Shown piece by piece: positions 11,414-25,133 of a stretch of DNA of 64,000 nt (positions within the stretch are counted from its first letter, which is position 1; each line of letters begins with the position of its first letter). Origin of the DNA: Pristiophorus japonicus. Taxonomy: Eukaryota. The stretch is from the NCBI RefSeq assembly GCF_044704955.1, contig NC_091994.1, positions 89,156,001-89,220,000 of the forward strand, in the 5' to 3' direction. A program made the translations under genes and the position numbers. The notes under the pieces are model-generated. The model did no database searches. It saw nothing but the letters and a program-made list of their open reading frames with translations, and had not been told where the DNA came from.

Positions 11414-13626
11414 TGATTAAATATCTCCTTAAATGTCTGCCCCCGTCATCAACTGTCCCATACTTTAATCTATTTTCCCAGTCCACTTTCGCTAACTCTG
11501 CCTTCATGCCTTTGTAGTCATCTTTATTTAAGCTTAAGACACTGGTTTGAGAACTAACTTTCTCACCCTCCAACTGAATTTGAAATTCAACCATGCTATG
11601 GTCATTCATTCCCTGTAAGAAAAGGGATAACCATCCGTGGCTAACTAAGGAAATAAGGGATAGTATCAAATTGAAAATAAGGGCAATGTGGCCAAGACTA
11701 TTGGAGGCCAGAGGAATGGGAAACTTTTAGAAGCCAGCAAAGAATAACTAAAAAAAATGATAGAGAGGTAAGATAGATTATGAAAGTAAACTAGCTCGAA
11801 AGATAAAAACAGATAGTAAGAGTTTCTACAGGCACATAAAAAGGAAAAGAGTGGCTAAAGTAAATGTTGGTCCCCGAGAGAATGAGACTGGGGAATTAAT
11901 AATGGAGAACAGGGAAATGGCAGACGTTGAACAAATATTTTGTAACGGTTTTCGCGGTAGAAGACACTAAAAACATCCCAATAGTAGATAATATAGGGAG
12001 GGAGGAACTGAATACAATCACCATCACTAATGAAGTAGTACTCGGTAAAATAATGGGACTAAAGGCAGACAAGTTCTCTGCACCTGATAGCTTACATCCT
12101 AGGGTATTAAATGAAGTGGCTGTGGAGATAGTGGATGCATTGGTTATAATCTATCAAAATTCCCTGGATTCTGGGGAGGTCCCAGCAGATTGGAAAACCG
12201 CAAATGTAACGCCCCTATTTAAAAAAAGGAGGCAGACAAAAAGCAGGAAACTATAGACCAGTTAGCCTAACATCTGTCATTGGGAAAATGCTGGAGTCCA
12301 TTATTAAGGAAGCAGTAATGGGACATTTGGAAAATCATAATTCAATCAAGCAGAATGAGCATGATTTATGAAAGAGAAATCACGTTTGACAAATTTGCTG
12401 GAGTTCTTTGAGGATGTAACGAGCAGGGTGGATAAGAGGGAACCAGTGCATGTAGTGTATTTGGATTTCCAGAAGGCATTCGATAAGGTGCCACATAAAA
12501 GGTTACTGCATAAGATAAAAGCTCACGGGGTTGGGGGTAATATATTAGCATGGATAGAGGATTGGCTAACTAACAGAAATCAGAGTCGGGATAAATGGGT
12601 CATTTTCCGGTTGGCAAACAATGACTAGTGGGGGTGCCACAGGGACTGGTGCTGGGGCCTCAACTATTTACAATCTATATTAATGACCTGGATGAAGGGA
12701 CCGAGTGTAATGTAGCCAAGTTTGTTGATGATACAATGATGGGTGGGAAAGCAAATTGTGAGGAAATAAAAAATCTGCAAAGGGATATAGACAGGCTAAG
12801 TGAGTGGGCAAAAATTTGGCAGATGGAGTATAATGTTGGAAAGTGTGAGGTCATGCACTTTGGCAGAAATAATAGAAAAGCAAATTATAATTTAAATGGA
12901 GAAAAATTGCAAAGTGCTGTAGTAGAGAGAGACCTGGGGGTCCTTGTGCATGAAACACAAAGTTAGTATGCACGTAGAGCAAGTAATCGGGAAGGCAAAT
13001 GGAATGTTGGCCTTTATTGCAAGGGGGATATAGAGTATAAAAGCAGAGAAGTCCTGCTACAACTGAACAGGGTATTGGTGAGGCCATACATGGAGTACTG
13101 CGTATAGTTTTGGTCTCTGTATTTAAGGAAGGATATACTTGCATTGGAGGCTGTTCAGAGAAGGTTCACTAGGTTGATTCCAGAGATGAGGGGGTTGACT
13201 TATGAAGATAGGTTGAGTAGGTTGTGCCTATATTCATTGGAGTTCAGAAGAATGAGAAGTGATCTTAATGAAGGGGCTCGACAAGGTGGATGCAGAGAGG
13301 ATATTTCCACCCATAGGGGAAACTAAAACTAGGTGACAGTCTCAGAATAAGGGGCCACCCATTTAAAACTGAGATGAAGAGGAATTTCTTCTCTCAGAGG
13401 GTTGTAAATCTATGGAATTCTCTGCTACAGAGAGCTGTAGAGGCTGGGTCATTGAATATATTGAAGGCGGAGATAGACAGATTTTGAGCAGTAAGAGAAT
13501 AAAGGGTTATGGGGAGCGGGAAAGAAAGTGGAGCTGAGTCCATGATCAGATCAGCCATAATCTTACTAAATGGCGGAGCAGGCTCGAGGGGTCAAATGGC
13601 CTACTCCTGCTCCTATTTCTTGTGTT
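11414..13626 (+). mobile_element. CR1 LINE, decayed RT ORF, with inverted segment 11414-11611
   Basis: [34 protein letters not shown] motifs; CR1 3' tail. Confidence 0.92.
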
Positions 13627-13788
13627 CCCAGCACTAACATCGCTCACCTTGAGCACAAAATAAAATTAAAACTGTTCCTTCACTTTCAAATTTTTTTTCT
13701 CCATAGTTTGAAGAACTCCTCACTTATAATAATCCAGCTTTCAATCTCCTTCACTGCTTGTCCCCAGATTATGAGACTTTTAACTTTT

Positions 13789-14336
13789 CATAGAATCATA
13801 GAAATTTACTGCATGGAAGGAAGCCATTTCGGCCCATCACGTGTCTGCGCCGGGTGACAGAGCTTTCCAGCCTAATCCCACTTTTCAACTCTTGGTCCGT
13901 AGCCTTATTGGTTACGGCATTTCAAGTGCATATCCAAATACTTTTTAAATGTGGTGAGGGTTTCTACCTCTACCACCCTTTCAGGCAGTGAGTTCCAGAC
14001 CCCCACCATTCTCTGGGTGAAAAAAATTCCCCTCTAATCCCCTTGCCAATTACTTTAAATCTATGCCCCATTGGTTGTTGACCCCTCTGCTAAGTGAAAT
14101 AGGTCCGTCCTATCCATTCTATCTAGGTCCCTCATAATTTTATACACCTCAATAAAGTCTTCCCTCAGCCTCCTTTGTTCCAAAGAAAACAAACCCAGCC
14201 TATCTAATCTTTCCTCATAGCTAAAATTCTCCAGTCCTGGCAACATCCTCGTAAATCTCCTCTGTACCCTCTCTAGTGCAATCACATCTTTCCTGTAATG
14301 TGGTGACCAGAACTGCACGCAGTACTCTAGCCACGG
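13789..14336 (-). mobile_element. CR1 3' fragment
   Basis: LEYCVQFWSPHYRKDVIALERVQRRFTRM; CATAGAAT tail repeat. Confidence 0.88.
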
Positions 14337-14812
14337 CCTTTTGTCACCAGTATCTTCAAGGTAATTCATGACATCTCTTTTCCCACATCAGATCTATTTA
14401 ATCTAGTTCCAAAAGTGCCATAAACATGTTTAATCCGCAATGTGTCTGTGGGCATTTATTGGGGGGGGGGGGGGGGGGGAGCGGTGGAGAGGGGAGGACG
14501 GGTAGGAACCCAGTCTATTTCTATTTATGCCGTGGTCTAAGCAAAGCTCAATAAAGGTCTTACACTTCAGGATTTTCTGTTTTGAGGGAATGCAATCTAT
14601 ATAAGTGGAAACTCAGTCAGCACTTTACACTTACAGCTTAAATAACATATTCTCAACAGCCAGTGCTCTCCATCCCCACCAAATCCTCTGAACAGTCAGC
14701 TCGTCAAGAGAGCAGCACTAACAACAGAATGCTTTCAGAATTGGTGAAACACTAGATATTGAATACACGTCGCACAGTCAAACTTTGTGTTGCAGCCAAT
14801 AATATCCTATTA

Positions 14813-15695
14813 CAGACTGAACCTGCCTTATCCTGGTCCCTCTGAGCCTAGCCTGTGCCGGATAAGGGATTTTGCTGGATGAGGGGAGGTCACATGTTCT
14901 ACCGTCTTTTACAACTGCCAGCCCCCAGCCAGCCCGCCCCGATAGATACCCCCGATACAGATACCCCCGATACAGATACCCCCGACCCCACGATCCACTG
15001 CCGCCTCCCCCCACGATCTCCAAGACTCATTCAAGGTAATGAAGAGGTCTTTTCTTTGGCAGAGTGCCGACAGCAGCGGAAAGGGGAGGTGCGGCTAGCC
15101 CAGGTCGCAGCCCGCCGGCCCGACCCCAGAGGAAGCGTTGACGGCAGCGGGGAGGGAAGGAGCGGCCGGCCGGCCTCAGGTTGTGGCGCGCCGGCCCGAC
15201 CCCGGCACGGGAGCCAGGTCGATAGGACTCGGTGCAATCCGTGTGCTGAGCCGGGATCGCGTTAAGAGCAAGCCCGGCCAGTGTAAGCCTCTGTGGTTGC
15301 AGGAGTTCCCGGCATCAAGGAGAAAGATAGCGGCCAAGCTCGGCAAAGCGGAAAAACTAGCCGGGGTGGGGGGGTTTAAACACATATATACATTTTTTTT
15401 AATAACTTTTATCAAGCTTTTATTTATAATTTAATTGAAAATATAATTATTAGTAGTACAAGTTGAACCTCTTTCCCTCTCCCTCCCCCTCCCCCCCACC
15501 CACCCTCAAGGCCACTTAGGCAATCAGTATCTTCAGATCCGGACCAGAAGAAGGAGTCTCCCTCTTCAGGAGAGCAGATAATTTTGGGCAGTACGGAAAA
15601 AATTTATCTGGGCATACGCCATCCGGCGGCCGGGAATGGTGCCGGACGAGGGTGGTGTCGGATAACTGAGTCCCGGATAAGAGAGGTTCAACCTG
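14813..15695. mobile_element. Tc1/mariner (Tigger/pogo-like) non-autonomous element with an extra internal left end at ~15459
   Basis: TA|CAGACTGAACCTGCCTTATCC ... GGATAAGAGAGGTTCAACCTG|TA imperfect TIRs. Confidence 0.7.
14938..14986 (+). repeat. 15-bp tandem repeat (CCCGATACAGATACC), about 3 copies
   Basis: Directly visible. Confidence 0.85.
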
Positions 15696-15809
15696 TATAA
15701 TATAAAAACATGTTCTAGGAATACCCTATTATACTTCTGCTCTATAGATCAAATGCAGCTAAACGTCATAATGTTTCCCCATCACCAGGGCCGTACAGAT
15801 TCTACTCAC

Positions 15810-15930
15810 CATTTTTCTTCAGATAAGTTCTAACAAAGGGGTCGATGCGGACAAACTCCAGCTGAATGTCATCTCCATCAAATGGGACCCATTGCCCATT
15901 GGAGAGCTTCTCAATAACCACGCTGTACTC
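15810..15930 (-). CDS. DDOST: DDOST exon 9
   Basis: [40 protein letters not shown]; 121 nt, AG/GT. Confidence 0.95.
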
Positions 15931-16897
15931 CTGCACCAAGATACAACATTACAAACATCACAAATCAACCCTCCACCTCTCAACATTACACCTGGTTAGT
16001 ATTGAGAAATGTGTGACCAGACCTTAAAGAATCAGACTTGGATACTTTACATTTAAAGAATAAAGTACACAGACAGGAAGTCAATAAAAGGTTAGTATCA
16101 GAGTTTGAGAATGATTCCCCTTTACATTCCATCACTTAGTATTGCTTCATAGTGGAGTGCAAAGGGCCCATCTCTCACTCCACTCTGACCAGTAATTTAA
16201 ATCACTTTAGACCTGTTGAAAAATTTAAATGATCTACTTCATAGGGTCCAACTAGATACACAATTTGATTCTGAACCAATGGAGGCAGAGTTTACCCTTA
16301 GTGGCAATGATATCGCTCTGTAGCCACTACAGGTCACAGAGCAGTTTTATTGTCAAAGAGTATAAATAAGATGAGTCCATTAGTATGAAACTGACTCTCT
16401 TCAGTCTGTGAAGGGAGCAAGAAAATGAACAAAACAAGCAAGGCCACAATATCCTAAACCCCTCCACCTCGAGGACGTGCAACAGAAAAGGTCAAAAGTA
16501 CCAGTCACAGTTCATAGGTTAAAAGCTAAATTTGCAGTGAAATTAATCAGACCTAACACAACCTGGTCAACAAGTAACCAATAAACATCTTGCTGCAAAA
16601 ATGCTGCAGGAAGTTGGTAGGCTGCTAGCGTGTCACCTCATAAAGCAAACTACACCAACAGAACACACAATGCAAGAATAAAAGGAAATAGTGATGAAAG
16701 GTTTTTCTCAAACAGATTATAAAATACACAAAGCAACATTTTAAACGCCCCACCCACCCCACAAGTAAACACACAGGTAAAGGCACTAACTGTCCTCCCC
16801 CAACACACACACACCAGGGAAGCCACACCTTTTATGGTACTGAATAGTCAGTATTTGCATTCCCGGCCTGCAAGACCATCAGCAGGCCAGGGCCATT

Positions 16898-17398
16898 AGA
16901 GGGAGCAGCGTGCGGCGGCATACCACTTCAGGGAACAGCGCGTGCTGCTGCAGAGGGCGACGGCTGACTGCAGTGCGGGGCAGGTACAGCAGGAGCGGCG
17001 AGATCGGGGCGAAGGAGCGGCAAGAGTTCGTAGCGGGGATGTGATCGGGGCCCAGGAGAGGCCAGAGTTCGGGGCCCAGAAGAGGCGAGGGCCCAGGGGC
17101 AGCACGGACCAGCCCACACTGTGATATGTGTGCGCACTAGGTCCGTGCAGCAGAGCAGGTCTCCAATCGTCCTGGTTAACCCTTGCCACTGGACCAAGAC
17201 CTAGCTCTGTCAAGCCCGTGTGGTGGCTGGTGTGCAACGGCCACCACATGTTAAAAAATCCACGCACAGGCATCTTCCACCCTTCAAGATGTAGCACGGG
17301 ATCTGGAATATTAGGTTCTTCATTGAAACACCTGTGAACTCATCCCTTTTCTGTGTGGAAGCAAGTCATCCTCACTTCAAGGGACCGCCTATGATGAT
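16898..17398 (+). mobile_element. RTE-derived non-autonomous element
   Basis: Matches 2550-2850; ends GCCTATGATGA. Confidence 0.8.
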
Positions 17399-18235
17399 AA
17401 TTTGCAGTAGATATGATTACTGAGAGAGAGTAGACAGACTGGTTTAACTAACGTATATTCTGACTGCAACGGTTTATCATGAAAAATAGGTCAGGTAAAT
17501 AACTTGGGAAAAAAAAAAGGAATACTGGAAACGAAGCAAAAAAATAAAATGCTGGGATGAGTTGCGCCACTGGCTCAGTGAACTGCCCACACCAGGGCAA
17601 GGGGAAGGGAAGAGTCAACCATAGCCGATCATTATCTAATGACCCCGTAAAGTGACTTGAAGGGGGCTGGTAAACAGAGACACTGAACGAGTTATGCCCA
17701 GTTTTTAAACATCACTCCTCTTGCATATTGAATTTACAACAGCCCCGAATCCTCAAGTTTCCCTACAGCAAAAAGTCCATTTTCAGGTGAGCGACTTTAT
17801 GTCCACAATGAGAGAACTCGGTGCAGATCTACCACCCAGTCTACAAAATCACTTCATGCCTCACTCCACTCTCCCTCTGCACCTCCTTCAGCCAACATGC
17901 CGCCTCACCTCCTCTATTCATCCGAGTCTGCTGTACTGTGCAGCCTCCTTGTCATAGGTGGCAGGCCTTCAGACAGAATTCTCTTCCCAAACTCCTCTGC
18001 CTTGCGACGTCTCTCCCTACTTTTACAAGCCTTCCCCAAGCCTAATTCTTCAAACACACTTTCAGCAGTCACCTCTGCAAACTCTTTTCCCAATTCATGC
18101 TCGATAGCCAAATTCACACTCACTCCCCTTTTAAGCATCTTGGGGTGTTCAAAATCCCCACCACACATTCATAATATCTCCTAAAATAATTCTGTAACAA
18201 GTTTAACAATTAGTATCAGTTTCATTGGTACTTAC

Positions 18236-18383
18236 CACCAGATCAGTTATGGTGTAGGCATTTGGTGGCTTGGTTTCTCCAACAGGGTGGTGCGACACCT
18301 TTCCAACACGGAGAACTCCTTCCTCTTTGAATACCCAGCGGGTCAGTGCCACTGCCAGTTCATAGTTCCCAGTTTTTGAGAAT
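18236..18383 (-). CDS. DDOST: DDOST exon 8
   Basis: [49 protein letters not shown]; 148 nt, AG/GT. Confidence 0.95.
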
Positions 18384-18524
18384 CTAAATTCAAGAAAGGG
18401 TTGATAATATCACACCAAGTTCTTTGGCACAATTTTGTACCAGTGTCAAATTCACAAAAAGCACCTTGTAAAACAAAACATAGGAAAATATTTACATTTT
18501 GGCAGTAGATAAATAAATGAATTT

Positions 18525-19205
18525 GTAAATCTTTGGAATTCTCAACCCCAGAGGGCTGTGGATGCTCAGTTGTTGAGAATATTCAAGCCTGACATTGATA
18601 GATTTTTGGACTCAAAAGGAATCAAGAGATGTGGGGATAAGATCAAAGATCAGCCATGATCTTATTGAATAGCAGAGCAGGTTTGAGGGGCCGTATGGCC
18701 TACTCCTGCTCCTAATTCTTACGTTCTTATGGGAGTGCAGCAAAGGTTCACCAGACTGATTCCCGGGATGGCAGGATTGACATACGAGGAGAGACTGGAT
18801 CGACTGGGCCTGTATTCACTGGAGTTTAGAAGGATGAGGGGGGATCTCAGAGAAACATTTAAAATTCTGACAGGTTAGATGCAGGAAGAATGTTCCCGAT
18901 GTTGGGGAAGTCCAGAACCAGGGATCACAGTCTAAGGATAAGGGGTAAGCCATTTAGGACTGACTTCTTCACCCAGAGAGTTGTTAACCTGTGGAATTCT
19001 CTACCTCAGAGTTGTTGATGCCAGTTCATTGGATATATTCAAGAGGGAGTTAGATATGGCCCTTACAGCTAAAGCGATCAAGGGGTATGGAGAGAAAGCA
19101 GGAAAGGGGTACTGAGGCGAATGATCAGCCATGATCTTATTGAATGGTGGTGCAGGCTCGAAGGGCCGAATGGCCTACTCCTGCACCTTTTTTCTGTGTT
19201 TCTAT
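18525..19205 (+). mobile_element. Two tandem CR1 3' fragments
   Basis: Two CR1 tails (..GGCCTACTCCTGC..) ending ~18730 and ~19205. Confidence 0.8.
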
Positions 19206-19879
19206 CTATTATATATGTCACCGAGGGAGGAGGAATTCTAGAACGTTTATTGCAGTGACCCGCACTCCTTGGTCCAAATTCTACGTGCCATAATTGTGAG
19301 AGCTAGATCTAAAGAGGGCTAGTCAATGTTATAACCATCACATTTTACATTCCCAATTCTCAGTCTCAATGCCAGAACGTCAAGGACCATGGCTACTCCC
19401 AGGAGTGCTATTTATTGCTGTTGAATGACAGAATCCCATGAGACTGATCATACAGCGCACCAGATACACAACTGCTTCTGTTCGAATAAACCCTTGAGTT
19501 GAAAGATTTTACATTTTAAAAATTTCACATTCCCACCATCAGCCTTTAGCTGAATAAAGTGGTGATTGGATGTCTCTGGCTATGCACCACCCACCAAAGG
19601 GCAGATGTTCCATCACATAGCAGAATCAGCTGCAGTCTGAAAATGAGATTAGAAACCATCCTGATGCCAAAACATACTCACCAAGATTAAGATATCATCT
19701 GCATAATTTCCACAATCTCATATTTTAAAAATTCATTATCAATTATCACTGACCAAGTTGGAGGTAATAGTTTCCTATTGCAGATTAATTGCTAATTAAT
19801 TAGCTTGCCAAAACCACAATATATTGCTTTAAAAAACTCACAACTCCTCTAATAATTAAGCAGCACATGCCACCGAGAC

Positions 19880-20552
19880 TTGCCTGACAAGTGCCAGGTG
19901 ATGACCATTCAACAGAGGCCCAGCCACCTCCATGACCTTTAATGGCACCACCATCACCGAGACCCTTGCCATCAACATCCTGGGGTTTACCACGAACCAG
20001 AAGCTCAACTAGACCAGCCAGATCAACAACGTGGCTACAAGAGCAGGCTTGGTACTCTGCAGCAAGTGGCTCACAACTCCTGACCCCTCAAAGTCTCTTC
20101 ACCATCTCCAAGACTCAAGTCAGGAATGTGATGGAATATACAGCACTCGCCTGGTTGGGTGCAGCCACAGCAATACACAAGCTCAGCACCATCCAAGTCC
20201 CTGCCACCACACTCAATATTCACCCCCTCCACCACTAGTGCAATATATGTCTGCAGTAGGTACTATCGACAGGGTCCAGTGCAGTAACTAACCAAGCTTG
20301 CTTCAACTGCACCTCACTCCTCTGTGGCCTCTACCACCAAGAAAACAAGAGCAGCAATATTGTGGGAATGCCCCAGTGGACTTGGACATAAATCGCCATT
20401 CTTTCATCGTCAATGAGTCAGAATTCTGGTATTCCCTACCTAACACCATTGCAAGAGTACCATCATCATAAGGTTCAAGGGGAAGGGCCACCAGCACTGC
20501 CTTAGGGGTGGACAATAAATGGGGTCTTGCCGGTGTTGCCCACATCCCAAGA
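19880..20552 (+). mobile_element. Degenerate CR1/L2-group LINE 3' fragment
   Basis: KTQVRNVMEY..LAW RT C-terminal-like peptide; tail resembles 430-490. Confidence 0.6.
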
Positions 20553-20679
20553 AAATATATTTTAAATGACAAGTTTTCCTTTTGCAAAGAAGTGACAATG
20601 AGCAGGTTGGAGTGTGAGGTATTGATGAAAAATCTTATACTTGTCAAAGTAACTTTGTCTTTTTGACATCTGGTCTTAC

Positions 20680-20828
20680 CTCTCGGCTCCTGGAGCAACC
20701 TTTTGTACAGGAGAGTTAAAGAAGGCATCGCTGAAGAAATCAATGGAGCCGCTGAAGACTACACGAGCGTTGTTCCGGGCCTGGAGTCCAGCAATCAGCA
20801 AGGTGTTCTTCCCCACAGCATGAGGATA
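20680..20828 (-). CDS. DDOST: DDOST exon 7
   Basis: [49 protein letters not shown]; 149 nt, AG/GT. Confidence 0.95.
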
Positions 20829-21339
20829 CTAGTACCATGAGGAAAATCAAGATGTTTGTCACAACCAGGCTGTTGATTCCCTTTCTATTTTACACACACA
20901 TTTAGCTACCTGTTACTATGAGTGTGCTTTTGGCTGTCAATGCATTGTGTGCACTAACACTTGAGGCATGTTCAGCTCCAACACATTCTACAACTTCTTT
21001 GAATTGAAAAAGAACTCAAAAGGAAGAGCAACTGGGCTATGTACATGCATATGTAGAGCATCCAGTATATGCGCTGCAGAACACACAGTTTACATACAAG
21101 AGTGCCCAACGTATACAGCGAGTGTCCAGTATCGACAGCTAATGTGCATCCCATAAGTACCCAGTATCTACACGACAGAACATGTTGCACAAAGCATGCT
21201 CATCACTTTCACTCCTCGAGCTCAATGTCAAGTACGTAGCTGTGCAATTAACACAGTACACACAAATGCAGATACAAGTGCAGTATACAGTGGATTCAAC
21301 ACTGCAGAAATTACACAGGAAAATGAAACAGAACTGAAC

Positions 21340-21735
21340 TGCCTTCGGGCTCTCTCGATTGCTCAATTGGCAAAGACCAACATCGCACTAAGCCAGAAAG
21401 CCCAATTCGATCTGCAGTCTGTGCTGAATTAGCTAATCTCAGACAGGGCAGCAGTTGTGGCACCAGAATTCCCCTCGGTGCCCTAGAGCTGGGAAAGGGA
21501 TGAATATAACAACCTGCTCCCTACCTCTATCCACTGATCCCTTTTAGAATGTCCCAGAGTGTGTACACATCAGGTGATGCTAGGATTGAGCTAGGTTGTG
21601 GTCCCATGGTCAAATAACCTGCTGACATCCACTGTCAAGGCTCATGCATGAAAAATGGTCACTTGAATGTGGAGCCAGAGGGTGCCCGTGGAACTGTACC
21701 CCAGCACGAGTCAGGACCATCAGAAGAGGAGGATC
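21340..21735 (+). repeat. Old SINE-like interspersed repeat (related copies ~32860-33150, 40380-40530, 59640-59970, 58340-58720 minus)
   Basis: Shared 3' motif CCCGTGGAACTGTACCCCAGC...TCAGGAGAGG. Confidence 0.5.
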
Positions 21736-21769
21736 ATTCCATAACCTGGAGATTATACACGAGAGTTAC

Positions 21770-21863
21770 CTGTGTTACAGGCTTGTCTGGGAAGAAGGAA
21801 TAAGAGCTGGAGGATCCAGTCAGAATATCCAGGACAAGAGGGTTATCAGGATCTGCCACCATA
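21770..21863 (-). CDS. DDOST: DDOST exon 6
   Basis: [31 protein letters not shown]; 94 nt, AG/GT. Confidence 0.95.
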
Positions 21864-23327
21864 CTAGAAAGGAAAAAAAAAATCATCAAGGTCTTGAGCA
21901 ATGGACTCAAAGATAAATCAAATAAGTTGCTCCCATTGCAGTTTTTAAACCAACTAAGAGTTGGTCTGCCGAAACACATGATGCTCATGCACACACAAGT
22001 GTTAACCGCAGCATTCAAGCTTGTTTCTCGAACTGACCGCTGCACTTCTCCTTCCCTGGTGTTCTTGTTTGCTTACTTCCTCGGTTCCCGTACGATATTT
22101 CCTCCAGCTCCAACACCCTATAGGTACCCTCCACTCTCCCACCTCTGGTCCAACACAGTCCGCACCTCCCATTCTATCATCGCAGGCAGATTCTTCAGTC
22201 ATTTCTCCTCCACACTCTGGAACTCTCCCTAAATTCCCCATCCTGCATTGTTACATCTCCTCTCCCCACTTCAAAAGTTTCCTCAATACCCCTCTCTCCT
22301 CCATGCCTCGGGCACCTTCCCCAATGTCTTCACTGCTCCTGCCTGACCCTCAACTGTGAAGCACCTTGGAATCTTTGCTGTGTTAAAAGCTCTAAATGAA
22401 CAGTCTTTCCATAGTTGCTATCCAATATAAAGAAGTATCAAATGAAAAAAGTCCATTCTGTCAAACTAATTTCTTCCATAGGCCACATATAAAATATCCC
22501 ATTCTTGACTAATCGCCTTCATTGACATGGCTTCACTAATGAGCTATACAAGGGTACAGCAACATGTTTCAACTTATAGTTAAACCCCCTTCAGATGTGC
22601 CCTATTAACTGATCAACTTTGTAGATATGTTTCACATGACTAAATAGTGTGTGGCTGGTCAAATCACACCTAAATTGCTTTCTTTTCCACCGTGACTCAT
22701 GGACACTCCTGACTCTTACACTCCAAATTCCAACATGTCGAACCGTAAAATCATCTACACTAACACTTGGTCGAGTTCATCCAGTTAATTGGAATAAATC
22801 CATCTGAGTGCTGCTAATCCCCCCTTCTACTTGTCATTTGCAAATATGGTTGCTCTGATTTCAACCTCTTTCTCCATCACTACTTGTTCTTGTCTTCATC
22901 CTAAATGCCATCAAGACCTTATCACAAACCCTCAACAACTAACGTCTGCCACTGCAAAGCCATTGGTGCGCCTCACAAATTCAGCAGCGTCAAAATTTAA
23001 TGAAAAACAAAATTGAAAGTAAAGAACGCAAAAGCTTTAGGGAACAAAATGCAAATCTCAATACACCGCATGGTATCATCGGCATCGCATTGCTCGTGCC
23101 TGCGGTTATCAGGCAGTGAAACCACTTTGTTTCTCAGTCATTTTTACTTAAATTGCCAAATTTAGATTGACGTCATATGTACTCTAAAGCACTAGCATTG
23201 CAAGTCACAATTGGGCAGTGTTTGATGGCCAAGTTTGTGACCAATTATTGTAAAGGTGAATATTGTTCTGCTACAAGTTTGCTGTACAGAAAAGAGCAAG
23301 AAATCATTGGAATACTTTAACACTTAC

Positions 23328-23422
23328 CCAACTCCCTGAAATAAAAGGGGATTCTTTGGTTGTTTCCCCACAATAGTGGGAGCCTTTAACAGTTGTTCGT
23401 TGTCAGCGATGATCAGAGTGTG
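23328..23422 (-). CDS. DDOST: DDOST exon 5
   Basis: [32 protein letters not shown]; 95 nt, AG/GT. Confidence 0.95.
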
Positions 23423-23691
23423 CTTTGGAAACAAAGAGGCATTTATTTACAGTCAATTTTTCTTTCTCCTCATGAATCAACTAGAATGTTTAACAGTTCT
23501 TTATGAAGCCACTTTATGGCACCTTTCTTGGTTGCTTTACAAATATATTGTAATTTATTAGCATTTATTAAATATATACCCCATAACTGATCTAGGAGCT
23601 AGATGCTCACACAGATCCCAAAAGTGGAAATATATTCCATTCCTCATTTTAACTGAGATGAAATTCATCAAATGTAAACTAAAAATCTCTA

Positions 23692-23943
<252 letters not shown>

Positions 23944-24488
23944 TTAAACTCATCACGGATACTGGAAAATTCTAGCTGCATTAACCCTCCTCCCCTCACA
24001 TCACCTACCCAAGAGCCTGCAATAATTGTCCTCCCCCCCCACCCCTATCCTTCTGTAAACATCATCCTCCTCCTCCACTTGTCCCTCACTCCTGCTCCCG
24101 GCTCCTAATTGTGGAGCAAAGCGGCAGCATCCGTTAACTCCAGAGAGTGCTGTTGGTAGGTGGGGGTGAAAGAGGGGGATCCTTTATAATTTTGCCAGAT
24201 TAAGAATTCTTTAGGCCAAATGGTTTGAAGTCTAAAAAAAAATGAACCACCTTTTGAGTTTCTGAGGAGCACTAATTGGTTTTACAGTGGCAGACATACT
24301 GATTGCCAAGGGTTTGTGATACGGTTATGGTGGCATATGGAATGCAGACAAGCACCAATAGTGATGGGGAATAAAGTTGAAATCAGAGCAACTATATGGG
24401 AAAATGACAAGTACGAGGGCGATTGAATGCATTCAGACAGATATACACCAATTGAGTGGATAAACTAAAGCAGGTGGATTTCAATGTA

Positions 24489-24707
24489 CAGGCAACTCGC
24501 AATTATCCGCACACGGATCCAACAGGAAACCGCTGTAACGGTATTTAAAATTTCAGCCCGGAAAGGCATCGGGCCGCTGACGTCGGAGGCCTTTTGGCCC
24601 GGGAAGGCATCAGGTTTTAACTTTATAATGTTAATCGCTCTAACGGAGAAATCATTTACCCGGCATAGCCCAATCCCCGAAGGACCCGGATAATCAAGAG
24701 TTGCCTG
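24489..24707. mobile_element. Tc1/mariner-type MITE (219 bp)
   Basis: TA|CAGGCAACTCgcaATTATCCG ... CGGATAATcaaGAGTTGCCTG|TA. Confidence 0.85.
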
Positions 24708-25133
24708 TAGATAAATTCAAGTTTATTTTAAGCCCGAGGCCAACACAAGCAATGAAATGCCCAGTTCCTTATTGGTACCATGTACTTTCTGTCACAGGAA
24801 GGTGCACTTTAATAAAACACACATCTACGAATTACAGACCAGGTGAAAGACCAGCACAGATCGGCTACTCACAGGGCCAGATTTCCCATTACTGGTGGTG
24901 CAATAATAAATGCAGGATATGCCCTTCTCATTAAGGAAGCCTGGAAAGCTGGTAAATGCCAACATTGCTGTCCAAACAGCGGATTAGAGTTATCCCACAA
25001 AGATTTCTCCCTATTGAGTCCTGATTTCAATAGGCCAGTAAAGGCCACCAAAAGCAGGGGTGGCAAGGTATCTGCTCACATGAAGAGAAGGATTGCCTCG
25101 TATTGTTAATTGCTTCCCTTCGTATTTAGAGTA

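Noticed and set aside
14460-14479. Poly-G/poly-C runs (also 9455-9471)
   Set aside because: Simple homopolymers with no further structure
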